The position numbers and the translations under genes were made by a program. This document shows positions 7,356 to 20,181 of a stretch of DNA of 32,000 bases, in pieces (the first letter of the stretch is position 1; every line of letters begins with the position of its first letter). Under the pieces are notes generated by a model. That model was not told the DNA's origin, did not search any database, and worked only from the letters and a program-made list of their open reading frames with translations. Origin of the DNA: Candidatus Saccharimonadota bacterium (GTDB lineage Bacteria; Patescibacteriota; Saccharimonadia; Saccharimonadales; UBA4665); NCBI GenBank assembly GCA_963716945.1, contig OY970322.1, forward strand, positions 360,001-392,000, given 5' to 3'.

Positions 7356-8777
7356 TTAAACGTAGGCGGCTTCCTTGATAGCCAGTTCGCTTTCACGGGC
7401 CAGCAGGCGGGCGCGGGCATAGAAGTAGCCGGCCACCATGACTGCGGCGGCGGCCAGGAAGAGCCCGGTGCCGGGGCCGGTGTTGGGCAGGGCGGCGGCG
7501 GTCGTTTGGATGGCCTTGGCCGGCGGGGCCGGAACCTTGATGTTGACGGTATCGCCATAAACGTTGGTCATCGTCAGGTCGAACTGGTTGGGGTTGCTGG
7601 GGTTAACGGGAGTAGACGGAATCGGGTTCTTGACCTTGACGGTGATCTGGTGCGAAACGGTGTCCCCGGCGTCAATCCGGTCGGCCGGCCAGGTAACATT
7701 ACCGTAGTTATCGATGTTGCCGCCATACAAATTAACCACGTCGGCATAATCCAATACGTCGCTTAGGTTCTCCTGGAAAGTGAAGGCCTTGACGGCCGCC
7801 TGGCCGCCATTGGTAGCCGACAGCGTGTAAGTTATGACGTCGCCCGGCTGGGCGGTCGTATTGTTGGCGTCGCCGATGCCGGCCGTGACGTTGCTGGCTT
7901 TTTTGTGTACGGTGACGCAGGATAAGGTATCCTGGCTGCTGAGACTTTTATCACAAGGTTTGCAATTGATATCGTCGGCTTGCAGCAGCGGGTTGTACTT
8001 GCACGGCTTGTAGCATTGGGGGCTGTCGGCAGGGATCTGGGGATTGAATTTGCAGGTCGGTGTTGCGGGTGTCACGGGCGTTACTGGAGCCACCGTCGTT
8101 ACGGTTGCTGGGGGTGCCGTTGTCACCGTTGCTGGCGGCGTCGAAGACACAGTCGTATTCGTCTGCACCTTAGGTTTTGGAGGTACGAAAGGCACCGGTA
8201 TGCCCACCGAAACCAGGTTGCCACAACCCGCCAATATGTAATAAACGTTACCTGCACCGTTAGTTACTTTCAGCGTATTGGGATAAGCCGAACCGTGCTT
8301 GCTAGTGGCGTCGCTGCCGGTGTCGAAACTGGACAGTTTGCGGAAGTACAAGGTCCCGGCCCCGGGAACGTTAACCGGCGTTTCATTGCTGCCGGCCCGG
8401 TGGTAAGGTATCCAGCCCATCGAGTAATAATCCTGGCCTTTGGAGTGGATGGTCAGGGTAGTGGCGTCGCCGATGTTGTCACAGGTAATGTTGTAGTTGG
8501 CCATGATCTCCTTATAGCTTCTGACGTCGTCTTTGCATTTCTCCTTGGCGTCGGCCGCCGAGCTGACGCCGCCGCTGATGAGGTCGTTATTATCATCGGC
8601 CGAGGTAACTTGCGGCGGGCTGAGGACGGCGAAAAACTGGACCATGAAAGTCAGGGCCAGGAAGATCAGGCCGGTGCGCCTGATGATGGCCTCTTCGCGC
8701 ATCCGGCGGCCGTAAAAACTTACCTGGTGCGCCAGACCGGGGTTATAGGGCAGGACGGAGAGTAGTTTTTCGAACAT
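7356..8777 (-). CDS. LPXTG (LPNTG) cell-wall-anchored surface protein with DUF11-like repeat domain
   Basis: 473 aa. N-terminal TM/signal GLIFLALTFMVQFFAVL. Thr/Pro/Val linker (PPATVTT x2). Cys-rich CK[FY]NP pair. GDVITYTLSATNGGQAAVKAFTFQENLSDVLDYADV resembles the DUF11 'conserved repeat domain'. C-terminal sorting signal LPNTG, then hydrophobic GLFLAAAAVMVAGYFY, then ARARLLAR. Confidence 0.8.
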   Translation of the reverse strand: MFEKLLSVLPYNPGLAHQVSFYGRRMREEAIIRRTGLIFLALTFMVQFFAVLSPPQVTSADDNNDLISGGVSSAADAKEKCKDDVRSYKEIMANYNITCDNIGDATTLTIHSKGQDYYSMGWIPYHRAGSNETPVNVPGAGTLYFRKLSSFDTGSDATSKHGSAYPNTLKVTNGAGNVYYILAGCGNLVSVGIPVPFVPPKPKVQTNTTVSSTPPATVTTAPPATVTTVAPVTPVTPATPTCKFNPQIPADSPQCYKPCKYNPLLQADDINCKPCDKSLSSQDTLSCVTVHKKASNVTAGIGDANNTTAQPGDVITYTLSATNGGQAAVKAFTFQENLSDVLDYADVVNLYGGNIDNYGNVTWPADRIDAGDTVSHQITVKVKNPIPSTPVNPSNPNQFDLTMTNVYGDTVNIKVPAPPAKAIQTTAAALPNTGPGTGLFLAAAAVMVAGYFYARARLLARESELAIKEAAYV

Positions 8778-8876
8778 GTTTTAGTCTTTGATTGATACAG
8801 CTGTATTTAAGCATAAACGCCGTTCATAACCAAATATAAAGCCGCCCCGCCCGCCCGGCGCCATAAGATATAAGAG

Positions 8877-8905
8877 TTGTCCTGGACCGGGGAATCGTCT
8901 ATAAT
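8877..8905 (+). promoter_or_regulatory. Candidate gyrBA promoter TTGTCC-17-TATAAT
   Basis: TTGTCC 8877-8882, a 17-nt spacer, TATAAT 8900-8905, 61 nt upstream of the gyrB GTG. Confidence 0.5.
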
Positions 8906-8960
8906 AAGGGGCAGTGGGAACAAAATAATAACCTATGATCTTATTTTTGATGGGGTGTAA

Positions 8961-10943
<1,983 letters not shown>

Positions 10944-13565
10944 ATGGACGATGACCAGAGCGAAGAGCTTGTTAACCAGCCGGCGCCTGACGAACGGCCC
11001 AATAACGACGTGATTGCGGAGGAGACGATGGAGGAGCGCCGCCGCGGTGTCGAGCACGCTGCCGACGACCTCGATTCCGGCCATTCCCGTACGGTCGAAC
11101 GCCGCACCGTCGAAAACGTCATGGAAGATAGCTATTTGCGTTATAGCATGAGCGTTATCATCGATCGAGCGCTTCCTGACGTCAGAGATGGTCTTAAGCC
11201 TGTCCATCGCCGCATTTTGTACAGCATGAACGAGGACGGCCTGCGCAGCGGCGCCCGCCATCGTAAAAGCGCCAACGTCGTCGGCGCCGTCATGGGCAAA
11301 TACCACCCGCACGGCGACTCGTCAATTTATGACGCCATGGTCCGTATGGCCCAGCCTTGGGCGATGCGCTACATGCTGGTCAACGGGCAGGGTAACTTCG
11401 GTTCAATGGACGGCGACCCGCCGGCCGCCATGCGCTATACGGAAGCCAAGATGGCCCGCCTGGCCGATGAGACCCTGGCCGATATCGACAAAGAAACCGT
11501 CGATTTCCGCGAGAACTACGACGGTACCACGACCGAACCCACCGTCCTGCCGGCCAAGCTGCCCAATCTCTTACTGAACGGACAGCTGGGTATCGCCGTC
11601 GGCATGGCCACCAATATCCCGCCGCACAACTTGGGCGAGCTGGTCGACGCCGAAGTCGCCATGATCGACAACCCCGAAGCCACGCTTGACGACCTGCTGG
11701 AGCACGTCAAGGGTCCGGATTTCCCGACCGGCGGCATTATCTACGGCAAAGAATCCATCCGCACCGCCTACGCCACCGGCCGCGGCGGCGTCGTTACCCG
11801 CGGCGTGGCCGAAATCGTCGAAACCAAAAAGGGCCGCCACCAGATTGTTATCACCGAGATTCCGTACGCTTTGAACAAAGAAAGCCTGGTCATCAAGATC
11901 GCCGACCTGGTCCGCGACAAGAAGCTGGCCGGCATCAGCGACCTGCGCGACGAGACCGCCCGCGGCGCCGTCCGGATCGTCATCGAGCTCAAGAAGGATG
12001 CTTACCCCAAGAAACTGCTCAACCAGCTATACAAACTGACGCCTTTGCAGACCAGCTTCCACTTCAACATGATGGCCCTGATCGATGGCATCCAGCCGCG
12101 CGTCCTAGGCCTCCAGGACATCCTCCAGGAGCACATCGGACACCGTAAGTCGGTCATTCGCCGCCGGACCGAGTTTGAGCTTAGGAAGGCCAGGGAGCGC
12201 GCCCATGTCCTCGAAGGCCTCAAGATCGCCCTCGACCACATCGACGAAGTTATAGCTACTATCCGGGCCTCCGAGACTACCGACGACGCCCAAGCCAACC
12301 TAATCAAGAAATTCAAACTGACCGAGATCCAGGCCAAGGCCATCCTGGCCATGCAGCTGCGGACCTTGGCCGGCCTGGAGCGCCAGAAGATCGAAGACGA
12401 GCTGGCCGAATTGCTCAAACTTATCGCCAGCCTGGAAGCCATTCTGGCCGACGAGAAAAAAGTCCTTAAAATCATCAGGGACGAACTGCTGGCCCTCAAG
12501 AAGCAGTATGGCGACGAGCGCCGTACAAAGGTGATTGCCGGCGAGCTGGGCAAAATGAGCGATGAGGACCTGATTGCAGACGAGCAGGTCGCGGTTACGC
12601 TGACGGCCGCCAACTACATCAAACGCAGCCCGCTGGCCGAGTACAAGCGCCAGGGCCGCGGCGGCAAAGGCCGGCGCGGCATGTCGACCCGCGAGGAAGA
12701 CGTCATCGAACACGTCGTCAACGCCTCGACGCACGACTTCCTGCTGTTCTTCACCAATAAGGGCCGTGTCTTCCGGATTAAGACCTACGAGGTACCGGCC
12801 GTCGGCCTGAATGCCAAGGGCGTAGCCATCGTTAACCTGCTGCAATTACAGCCGGAAGAGACCGTCAGCAGCGTAATTAACGTCAGCAAGACCGACAAAG
12901 CCGCCAACCTGATCATGTGCACCGTCCGTGGTGTAGTCAAGAAAACACCATTTGAGCAGTACCAGAATGTTCGCAGCAGCGGCCTGATCGCCATCAACCT
13001 TGACGCCGGCGACGAGCTGAAATGGATCCGCATGACCACCGGCGAGAATGAAGTTGTTATCTCTACATCACAGGGCCAGGCTATCCGTTTCCACGAGAAA
13101 GGCGCCCGGCCGATGGGCCGCGTTTCGCGCGGTGTCCGCGGCATCCGCTTGCGTCCCGGCGACCACGTTATCGGCATGGACATCGTCGAAGAAGGTTCCG
13201 ACATTTTCGTCATCAGCAAGTACGGCTACGGCAAGCGCACCAAAGTCGCCCAGTTTACGCCCCACGCCCGCGGCGGCGTCGGTATCCGTTCGGCTGTCGT
13301 CAACGACAAGACCGGCGAATTGGTCGGCGTGAAAACGCTTGTCAGCAACGAACAAGAAGTTATCATTATCAGCCAGCAGGGTCAGACCATCCGGCTGGGC
13401 CTGGACGACATCCCGGCCCTCGGCCGCGCTACCCAGGGTGTCCGCATCATGCGCCTCAACGAGGGCGACCAGGTCGTCTCCTTGGCTCTCGTCGACAAGG
13501 CCGAGGATACTGATAGCGACGAGACTTCCACCGAAACCGCCAAGCCCGGGCCGTCCGAAGACTAG
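10944..13565 (+). CDS. gyrA: DNA gyrase subunit A
   Basis: 873 aa. The ATG directly follows the gyrB TAG. Motifs: [51 protein letters not shown], catalytic Tyr context [11 protein letters not shown]-terminal beta-pinwheel repeats. About 45 acidic residues precede the conserved N-terminus, so the start is less certain than the identity. Confidence 0.96.
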   Translation: MDDDQSEELVNQPAPDERPNNDVIAEETMEERRRGVEHAADDLDSGHSRTVERRTVENVMEDSYLRYSMSVIIDRALPDVRDGLKPVHRRILYSMNEDGLRSGARHRKSANVVGAVMGKYHPHGDSSIYDAMVRMAQPWAMRYMLVNGQGNFGSMDGDPPAAMRYTEAKMARLADETLADIDKETVDFRENYDGTTTEPTVLPAKLPNLLLNGQLGIAVGMATNIPPHNLGELVDAEVAMIDNPEATLDDLLEHVKGPDFPTGGIIYGKESIRTAYATGRGGVVTRGVAEIVETKKGRHQIVITEIPYALNKESLVIKIADLVRDKKLAGISDLRDETARGAVRIVIELKKDAYPKKLLNQLYKLTPLQTSFHFNMMALIDGIQPRVLGLQDILQEHIGHRKSVIRRRTEFELRKARERAHVLEGLKIALDHIDEVIATIRASETTDDAQANLIKKFKLTEIQAKAILAMQLRTLAGLERQKIEDELAELLKLIASLEAILADEKKVLKIIRDELLALKKQYGDERRTKVIAGELGKMSDEDLIADEQVAVTLTAANYIKRSPLAEYKRQGRGGKGRRGMSTREEDVIEHVVNASTHDFLLFFTNKGRVFRIKTYEVPAVGLNAKGVAIVNLLQLQPEETVSSVINVSKTDKAANLIMCTVRGVVKKTPFEQYQNVRSSGLIAINLDAGDELKWIRMTTGENEVVISTSQGQAIRFHEKGARPMGRVSRGVRGIRLRPGDHVIGMDIVEEGSDIFVISKYGYGKRTKVAQFTPHARGGVGIRSAVVNDKTGELVGVKTLVSNEQEVIIISQQGQTIRLGLDDIPALGRATQGVRIMRLNEGDQVVSLALVDKAEDTDSDETSTETAKPGPSED

Positions 13566-13584
13566 AGCCCCAGGACCACCCCTA

Positions 13585-13613
13585 TTGACATAGCAGCAAT
13601 TATAATGTATTAT
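13585..13613 (+). promoter_or_regulatory. Candidate promoter TTGACA-17-TATTAT
   Basis: TTGACA 13585-13590 and TATTAT 13608-13613, in the AT-rich gap between gyrA and the next CDS. Confidence 0.4.
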
Positions 13614-13657
13614 ACATTTAATTAAATTGTTGACGCCTACTTAACTTAACCTAAATT

Positions 13658-14452
13658 ATGGCTACTAATACTGCTGGTTCCCCCGACGCCCCGAACCGGT
13701 CCCGCCCCTGGCCTCCAAGACCGAGGCCGTGGCTAACCCGGCTCATTGGCGTAGCCCTTATAGTCGCCACCTTGCCCGGTCTTGAAATGGGGCGTGAAGA
13801 GATCGATTATCGTTTACTCGGCCGGGAAAGCGCGGTTAGGGCTAAAGTCAACCGGGTTAAGGCCGACAGCCGGGTTATGGAGCGTCTGGCCGGCGACGCG
13901 GCCCATACGCTGCCGCAGCGCTACGGCCAGCTGCCGGTTACCATGGCCCAGCTTCGGCAGGTTCGTGAGGGCAAGGCCGGGGCCCAGAAGTTAATACCGC
14001 CAGTCACCGAAAGCACGCCTAACGTTAAAGCCGCTAACTTCTCCAGCACGCTTGGCCGGGCGGCCGTGGTTGAGGCCGTTACGCAAACGGCCCTGGATAC
14101 GGCCCGTCACTCGTTACGGGGAAGCGCCTTGCAAGCCGATTACCGCCGGCACCTGTCGGTTAACGTTTCGCGCGCTGCCGCCGAGGAAGAGGCCACTATA
14201 AAAGTCGACCTGGCGGCTATGAACGACGCCATGGCGCACCGTGGCGACGGCCTGCCCTTAATGCGCAAGCTCAGTGAGTTCGACGCTGAGGGTCCCGAAC
14301 TTGGCGTTATATACGACACCGGCACCGGGTCCTACATTCCCGCCGACTGGAGCAATCCTGAGGGAGTGCTGGAAGTTACCAAAGTCTACCCGCTGACCTT
14401 TGACGCCGCTATTCAAGAGCAACGGGTACCCGGCCTTAGCCCGATTGAGTAG
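13658..14452 (+). CDS. Hypothetical protein with N-terminal TM segment
   Basis: 264-aa ORF. An N-terminal Pro/Arg-rich stretch precedes LIGVALIVATLPG. No family recognised. The overlapping small ORFs are less plausible. Confidence 0.55.
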   Translation: MATNTAGSPDAPNRSRPWPPRPRPWLTRLIGVALIVATLPGLEMGREEIDYRLLGRESAVRAKVNRVKADSRVMERLAGDAAHTLPQRYGQLPVTMAQLRQVREGKAGAQKLIPPVTESTPNVKAANFSSTLGRAAVVEAVTQTALDTARHSLRGSALQADYRRHLSVNVSRAAAEEEATIKVDLAAMNDAMAHRGDGLPLMRKLSEFDAEGPELGVIYDTGTGSYIPADWSNPEGVLEVTKVYPLTFDAAIQEQRVPGLSPIE

Positions 14453-14521
14453 CCGCCGGGCGTTTTAAAGCTTTCCGTTTATGCTTGCAAATCCGGCCGC
14501 ACTCGTCATACACTGTCATCC

Positions 14522-14956
14522 ATGATTGGAGCCGCCAGAAGGGCCGAGAAACGCGCCGAACGGGAAGAAACCTACAAGGGTAACTTCGTCTCGGCTTTCC
14601 AGGAATTGCATGACCAGGGCAAGCCCTGGGTGTCGGTGGATGAGGTCAGGCAGGTGGCGGCCAGCCGGGACAGTGGGTTTATGGCGGAGCGCAGCTTCAT
14701 GAGGCTAATGCTGGGAGCCAGACCCGACCCCAAGCTCAAGGAAGGGGTAGTTGAGTACCCGCCGAAAATCGGCGCCCGTCATATCCTCGACCTGCTTGTA
14801 GAAGACGGCAGGGTAGAGCGGATTTTGCCGGAAGCCGTCGCCGAGAACCTGGTTACCCACCTCCATGGATCGGTTGACCGCGACGGCCGTCTTTATCGCC
14901 TGGCACCGGAGCCGGAGCCGGCAGAACCGGTACTTGATGTACTAACTACAGCATAG
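14522..14956 (+). CDS. Hypothetical cytoplasmic protein
   Basis: 144-aa ORF with balanced composition. No motif recognised. Confidence 0.55.
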   Translation: MIGAARRAEKRAEREETYKGNFVSAFQELHDQGKPWVSVDEVRQVAASRDSGFMAERSFMRLMLGARPDPKLKEGVVEYPPKIGARHILDLLVEDGRVERILPEAVAENLVTHLHGSVDRDGRLYRLAPEPEPAEPVLDVLTTA

Positions 14957-14972
14957 ACCGTTCGTTTACCCC

Positions 14973-15002
14973 TTGACCAAACCGCTTGGGTTGCTGTATG
15001 AT
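14973..15002 (+). promoter_or_regulatory. Candidate 16S rRNA promoter TTGACC-18-TATGAT
   Basis: TTGACC 14973-14978 and TATGAT 14997-15002, about 170 nt upstream of mature 16S and upstream of the processing-stem 5' arm. Confidence 0.45.
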
Positions 15003-15060
15003 CGTATGAATGGCTTGACGGTGGCTCTCTACGAGTCTCTCTGAAAAAGCCATTTAGATC

Positions 15061-15092
15061 GTTAAAAATTGAGTAGTGCAAATCAACGTCAG
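15061..15092 (+). other. 5' arm of pre-16S processing helix (RNase III-type stem)
   Basis: gttaaaaattgagtagtgcaaatcaacgtcag pairs with 16802-16834 over about 31 bp, with one mismatch and one bulge. Confidence 0.7.
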
Positions 15093-15172
15093 TTCAATTG
15101 AACTGTTTTAAGTAAGTCAGTTTAATCCGTAAAAAGATTAAATGTTCGACTGAAGTCAACGAGCAGATTCTT

Positions 15173-16671
<1,499 letters not shown>

Positions 16672-16801
16672 CTAGGGAGAAAACTAGCAGCTTGCGGAGC
16701 AATCCCTTGCGAGCTAGGTCGATCTTGGTAGATTGTTAAATCAGTACTGACAATCTACATTTCCACTCCGGTGGACAAGATTTCAGTTTCTGTAACACGA
16801 C

Positions 16802-16834
16802 CTGACGTTTGATTTGCACTATCCAATTTTTAAC
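16802..16834 (+). other. 3' arm of pre-16S processing helix
   Basis: ctgacgtttgatttgcactatccaatttttaac is the near-perfect reverse complement of 15061-15092. Confidence 0.7.
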
Positions 16835-16863
16835 TTTTAACGAAACTCCGGTTTCGCCAAAAG

Positions 16864-16892
16864 AAAAGAGCGCCCGGCGAGAGCGCTCTTTT
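16864..16892. terminator. Bidirectional intrinsic terminator between 16S (+) and the 133-aa gene (-)
   Basis: aaaagagcgc / ccggcgaga / gcgctctttt: a 10-bp stem including the A/T flanks. It is followed by a T-run on the plus strand (ttttaattt) and on the minus strand (ttttcttttgg). Confidence 0.75.
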
Positions 16893-16911
16893 AATTTGCG
16901 GGTACAGGCGG

Positions 16912-17313
16912 TTAAGCGACCGTCTCGCCGCCCAGACCTATGGCCGTGACGCCGGAATTTTCGAAGCCGGCCACGAAGAGCATTGAACTTTGGATCAAGC
17001 CGGTGATGCGATTAACCGTTAAATCCTGAGGCTGGGTAGCCATTCCGGCCCGCATTGCGTCCAGGGCCTCTTGTTGGACTTCGGGGTTAGTAGTCATGGG
17101 CAGCAAATCCCCGAAGGCTTCCATGACTTCCTGCATGTCTTCGTCCCTGATCCTGGTTCGGCGCCGGCCTATAAGGCCGGTATAATGGCCCTTTACTCCT
17201 TCGATGCGTTCGTTTAGCCCAGTCAGATGGGCGTTGATCTCTTCGAGCGACAAGCCCCTGAAGTATTCATACTTATCCTGAGTTCTTTGCCGGTCGGCTT
17301 CCGCGTCTCCCAT
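16912..17313 (-). CDS. Hypothetical protein
   Basis: 133-aa ORF, stop 20 nt from the bidirectional terminator. No motif recognised. Confidence 0.55.
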   Translation of the reverse strand: MGDAEADRQRTQDKYEYFRGLSLEEINAHLTGLNERIEGVKGHYTGLIGRRRTRIRDEDMQEVMEAFGDLLPMTTNPEVQQEALDAMRAGMATQPQDLTVNRITGLIQSSMLFVAGFENSGVTAIGLGGETVA

Positions 17314-17420
17314 AAGGCTCTCCTAAATAATCTGCTACTAAATTTACAATAACATTGGCCATAAGTCAAATAATCTAATCCGGTTGCTCGGTACTATGGG
17401 CATGGGTCATACTTGCGTTG

Positions 17421-18320
17421 ATGGATCTTTATCCGACGGTATTGGTGTTTGCCATGGGCGTCAGCTTCAAGGGCTACGTGCTCACCGAGAGGTATTTGCA
17501 GGAGAGGGGAGTGGCGCCGATAAGGACATTCGGGCTGCAGCGGTATGCCATTATTCCCGGCCTCATCTGGGGCGCGGTTTTTATCCGCGGCCATGACCTA
17601 AGCCGAATAATCCATACGCCTCATCTGTTAATTTACGTAATCGCTTTAGCGGCGGGCTGGAACATCCAGCAGTTTTTATCGAGCTACACAGTTAATACGG
17701 TCAGTTCGATGTCGGCCTTTTCGACGCTGCAAATGATACTGCTGTTACCGCTGTCACTGCTGGTCGGCACTTTCTTTAACCATGACGTGCCGAGCGTCTA
17801 TAGCTTCCTAGCCATCGTGGTTTTGCTTATAGCGTTCGTGGTGCATCCCGCGCAGCATGTCGATAATGCCCGGGAACGGTTCGCGATACCTTTAAGGCTT
17901 ATCATAGGACTGATTCTCGTGCAGACGATGGTGGATGCGGCTGACCAGGGCTTGTACCGGCAATTATTGAAAGAATTGGGGCCGGCGGTGGTTCTGGGAG
18001 TTTTCAGCGTGGTAACCCTGGGCCTGGCCATCTTATGGACTTCTTTCGTGCCGAAGCGGCAGCAGGAAACCGAGATCCTGCGCAAGCAGTGGCGCCGGTC
18101 GGCGGCTTTGCCGGGGTTCTGGTTCCTGGGCTCGATTCCGGGGGCCTATGCCATAGCAATCCTGCCGATTTACACCAGCCTGGCCATCAGTACCGTGACT
18201 TTTTTGATGGACGGCTGCTCCGACCTGATCCACCGCCGCATAGGCTTAAGCCCCCGGACGGTGGTTTTTCTGCTACTGGTCATAAGCGGGATAGGGCTGG
18301 CAGTTTACTCTATAAGGTAA
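17421..18320 (+). CDS. Polytopic integral membrane protein (possibly DMT/EamA-like transporter)
   Basis: About 299 aa with about 9-10 hydrophobic segments across the whole length. I prefer the ATG at 17421 over the adjacent TTG at 17418. The family call is tentative. Confidence 0.65.
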   Translation: MDLYPTVLVFAMGVSFKGYVLTERYLQERGVAPIRTFGLQRYAIIPGLIWGAVFIRGHDLSRIIHTPHLLIYVIALAAGWNIQQFLSSYTVNTVSSMSAFSTLQMILLLPLSLLVGTFFNHDVPSVYSFLAIVVLLIAFVVHPAQHVDNARERFAIPLRLIIGLILVQTMVDAADQGLYRQLLKELGPAVVLGVFSVVTLGLAILWTSFVPKRQQETEILRKQWRRSAALPGFWFLGSIPGAYAIAILPIYTSLAISTVTFLMDGCSDLIHRRIGLSPRTVVFLLLVISGIGLAVYSIR

Positions 18321-18326
18321 TCAAAT

Positions 18327-18403
18327 TGGTGGGCGATGAGGGACTCGAACCTCCGACCTCGTCATTATCAGTGACGCGCTCTAACCAGCTGAGCTAATCG
18401 CCC
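18327..18403 (-). tRNA. tRNA-Ile (anticodon GAU), CCA encoded
   Basis: Reverse complement gggcgattagctcagctggttagagcgcgtcactgataatgacgaggtcggaggttcgagtccctcatcgcccacca folds as a cloverleaf. Anticodon loop cuGAUaa, T-loop GGTTCGAGTCC. Confidence 0.95.
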
Positions 18404-18422
18404 GAATTGTCGTAACTTGCCT

Positions 18423-18499
18423 TGGTGGAGCATATCGGATTCGAACCGATGACCCCCTGCTTGCAAAGCAGGTGCTCTAGCCAACTGAGCTAATGCCCC
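18423..18499 (-). tRNA. tRNA-Ala (anticodon UGC), CCA encoded
   Basis: Reverse complement ggggcattagctcagttggctagagcacctgctttgcaagcagggggtcatcggttcgaatccgatatgctccacca. Has the G3:U70 Ala identity pair, anticodon loop uuUGCaa, T-loop GGTTCGAATCC. Confidence 0.95.
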
Positions 18500-18558
18500 T
18501 CGTTTCCGGCCCGTTGGCTGGATTGGCAAGGCCTGGAGCCTTAAGCAAGTACCGGAGT

Positions 18559-18587
18559 ATTTTACCCAAAAAACACTTTAAAGACAA
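18559..18587 (-). promoter_or_regulatory. Candidate promoter for the tRNA-Ala/tRNA-Ile unit (TTGTCT-17-TAAAAT)
   Basis: Minus strand reads TTGTCT (18587-18582), 17 nt, TAAAAT (18564-18559), about 60 nt upstream of tRNA-Ala. Confidence 0.45.
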
Positions 18588-18701
18588 GCGTTGGCTTGAA
18601 TACAAAGATAAGCCGTATCGGCGGCCGCCGCGGCCGGCCGCTTTGCTGAATGGCTGATTTAACCTGTAAAATTAAAAACGTTACTCAACAGCCTAAAAAT
18701 A

Positions 18702-18731
18702 TTGACAGCTATGCATAAGCGGAGTTAAGAT
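18702..18731 (+). promoter_or_regulatory. Candidate promoter TTGACA-18-TAAGAT for the surface-protein/sortase operon
   Basis: TTGACA 18702-18707 and TAAGAT 18726-18731, about 55 nt upstream of the ATG at 18788. Confidence 0.5.
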
Positions 18732-18787
18732 GTAGTCAATCAATGTAAGGCGGAATACACAAAAACTAAACTTATAAAGGCTTGAAA

Positions 18788-20140
18788 ATGAAAATCAAAA
18801 AACTATTAAATGTTGGTTCGGCTTTGTTGCTGAGCCTGTCGGCACTGTTAACGGTATCGATACCGATGGCCCACGCCGCGACTTACACCTGTACCTGGAC
18901 CGATGCCAGCGGCACCGACAACAACTTCAGTACCGCCACCAACTGGTCCAACTGTAACAACGTTGCCCCCGGTACCGGCGGCGACACCTACAACCTGGAT
19001 TTTCCGGCGACCGCGCTCGGTTTTCAACCGGTAGACGACATCGCGTCGCTAACGGTTGGGACCATAAGCTTTGACGGGACGTTCAGCAACCCCAGTAACG
19101 GCGGTTACGACATAACGTCTTCCAGCTCCAGCAACGTTATCACCGTCGGCGGCGGCATTACCGACACCACCGACGGTCCGGGCAACACTTTCGGCACCGG
19201 CAACGAAATCGACGTTAACCTGACGCTGTCCGGCAGCCAGACCTTCAACGCCGGTGTCAACAGCGTGCTAATCCTCGGCGACGGCACCCTTAGCCTGAAT
19301 ACCGGCGCCAACAACCTGACCCTGGGCAACGTCCTGGTCATCAACCCGATCACCGGCAGCGGTTCGTTGATAGTCGACGACTCCAACTACCCGGCCGACG
19401 AAAGCGGCGTTGATTTGCTGGCTTCCAGCCCGAGCTTCACGGGCAGCGTAGCGGTTAACACCGGCGCCCTGTTCGTAGACGATACGGGCTCGCTGTCCAA
19501 TGCCTCCCAGGTAACGGTGGCCAGCGGGGCTTTGCTGAAGGGCGGTGACAACGCTACTGACGGTGGTGTCTCCAACCTGACAGTCCAGTCCGGCGGAACG
19601 GTTGCTCCCGGCCACAGCCCGGGCTGTATAACCGCCTCCAACGCTACGATTAACGGTACTTACCTGGCCCAGATCGGCGGTACCAACGCTTGCGCCGACT
19701 ATGACCAGCTGCAGGTATCGGGCACTGTCGACCTGACCGGCGGCACGCTCCAGACATCCGTAATAAATGGTTTCACGCCGACTGCCGGCCAGACCTTCGA
19801 AATCATTGATAACACCGGCGGCAGCGCCGTAACCGGTACCTTCGCCGGCCTGCCCGAAGGCGCTACCTTCACTTCCGGCGGCGCGACGTTCAAGATTTCA
19901 TATGTCGGCGGCGACGGCAATGACGTTACGCTGACGGTTGTCGGTGCCTCCGGTTCTTCCGGTTCGGGCTCCGGCAGCGGCGCTTCCGGCTCCGGCAGTT
20001 CATCGGCTGCCGCCCCCAAGACGCCTAACACCGGTCTTCGCGCCGTGCTGGCCAACCCGGCCGCTACCTTTGCCGCTTCATCGATTGCCGCCCTGACTCT
20101 CGTTCTAACGGCCCGCCGTTTGAAGCCCGGTGTCCGCTAG
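18788..20140 (+). CDS. Secreted beta-helix/autotransporter-passenger-like repeat protein with C-terminal TPNTG sortase sorting signal
   Basis: Signal peptide MKIKKLLNVGSALLLSLSALLTVSIPMAHA. G/T/N/S-rich beta-strand repeats. SGGTVAPGHSPGCITASNATINGTYLAQIGG...DYDQLQVSGTVDLTGGTLQ...FKISYVGGDGNDVTLTVV resembles the conserved end of autotransporter-associated beta-strand repeat proteins. Then a Ser/Gly linker, PKTPNTG, hydrophobic AASSIAALTLVLTA, and RRLK. ATG 18788 has better RBS spacing (aaagg) than TTG 18782. Confidence 0.8.
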   Translation: MKIKKLLNVGSALLLSLSALLTVSIPMAHAATYTCTWTDASGTDNNFSTATNWSNCNNVAPGTGGDTYNLDFPATALGFQPVDDIASLTVGTISFDGTFSNPSNGGYDITSSSSSNVITVGGGITDTTDGPGNTFGTGNEIDVNLTLSGSQTFNAGVNSVLILGDGTLSLNTGANNLTLGNVLVINPITGSGSLIVDDSNYPADESGVDLLASSPSFTGSVAVNTGALFVDDTGSLSNASQVTVASGALLKGGDNATDGGVSNLTVQSGGTVAPGHSPGCITASNATINGTYLAQIGGTNACADYDQLQVSGTVDLTGGTLQTSVINGFTPTAGQTFEIIDNTGGSAVTGTFAGLPEGATFTSGGATFKISYVGGDGNDVTLTVVGASGSSGSGSGSGASGSGSSSAAAPKTPNTGLRAVLANPAATFAASSIAALTLVLTARRLKPGVR

Positions 20141-20181
20141 TCTCTCGCCCGAGAAATTAAGTACCCAGAGGAGGAAGCCTC

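Noticed and set aside
3225-8765. Track ORFs antisense to the P/A-rich protein, the ATPase and the LPNTG protein (for example 3225..3563, 4470..5252, 5243..5929, 5945..6463, 7980..8765)
   Set aside because: Each lies opposite a longer ORF with recognisable motifs or coherent membrane and secretion signals. Their sequences are low-complexity mirror images of the sense frames.
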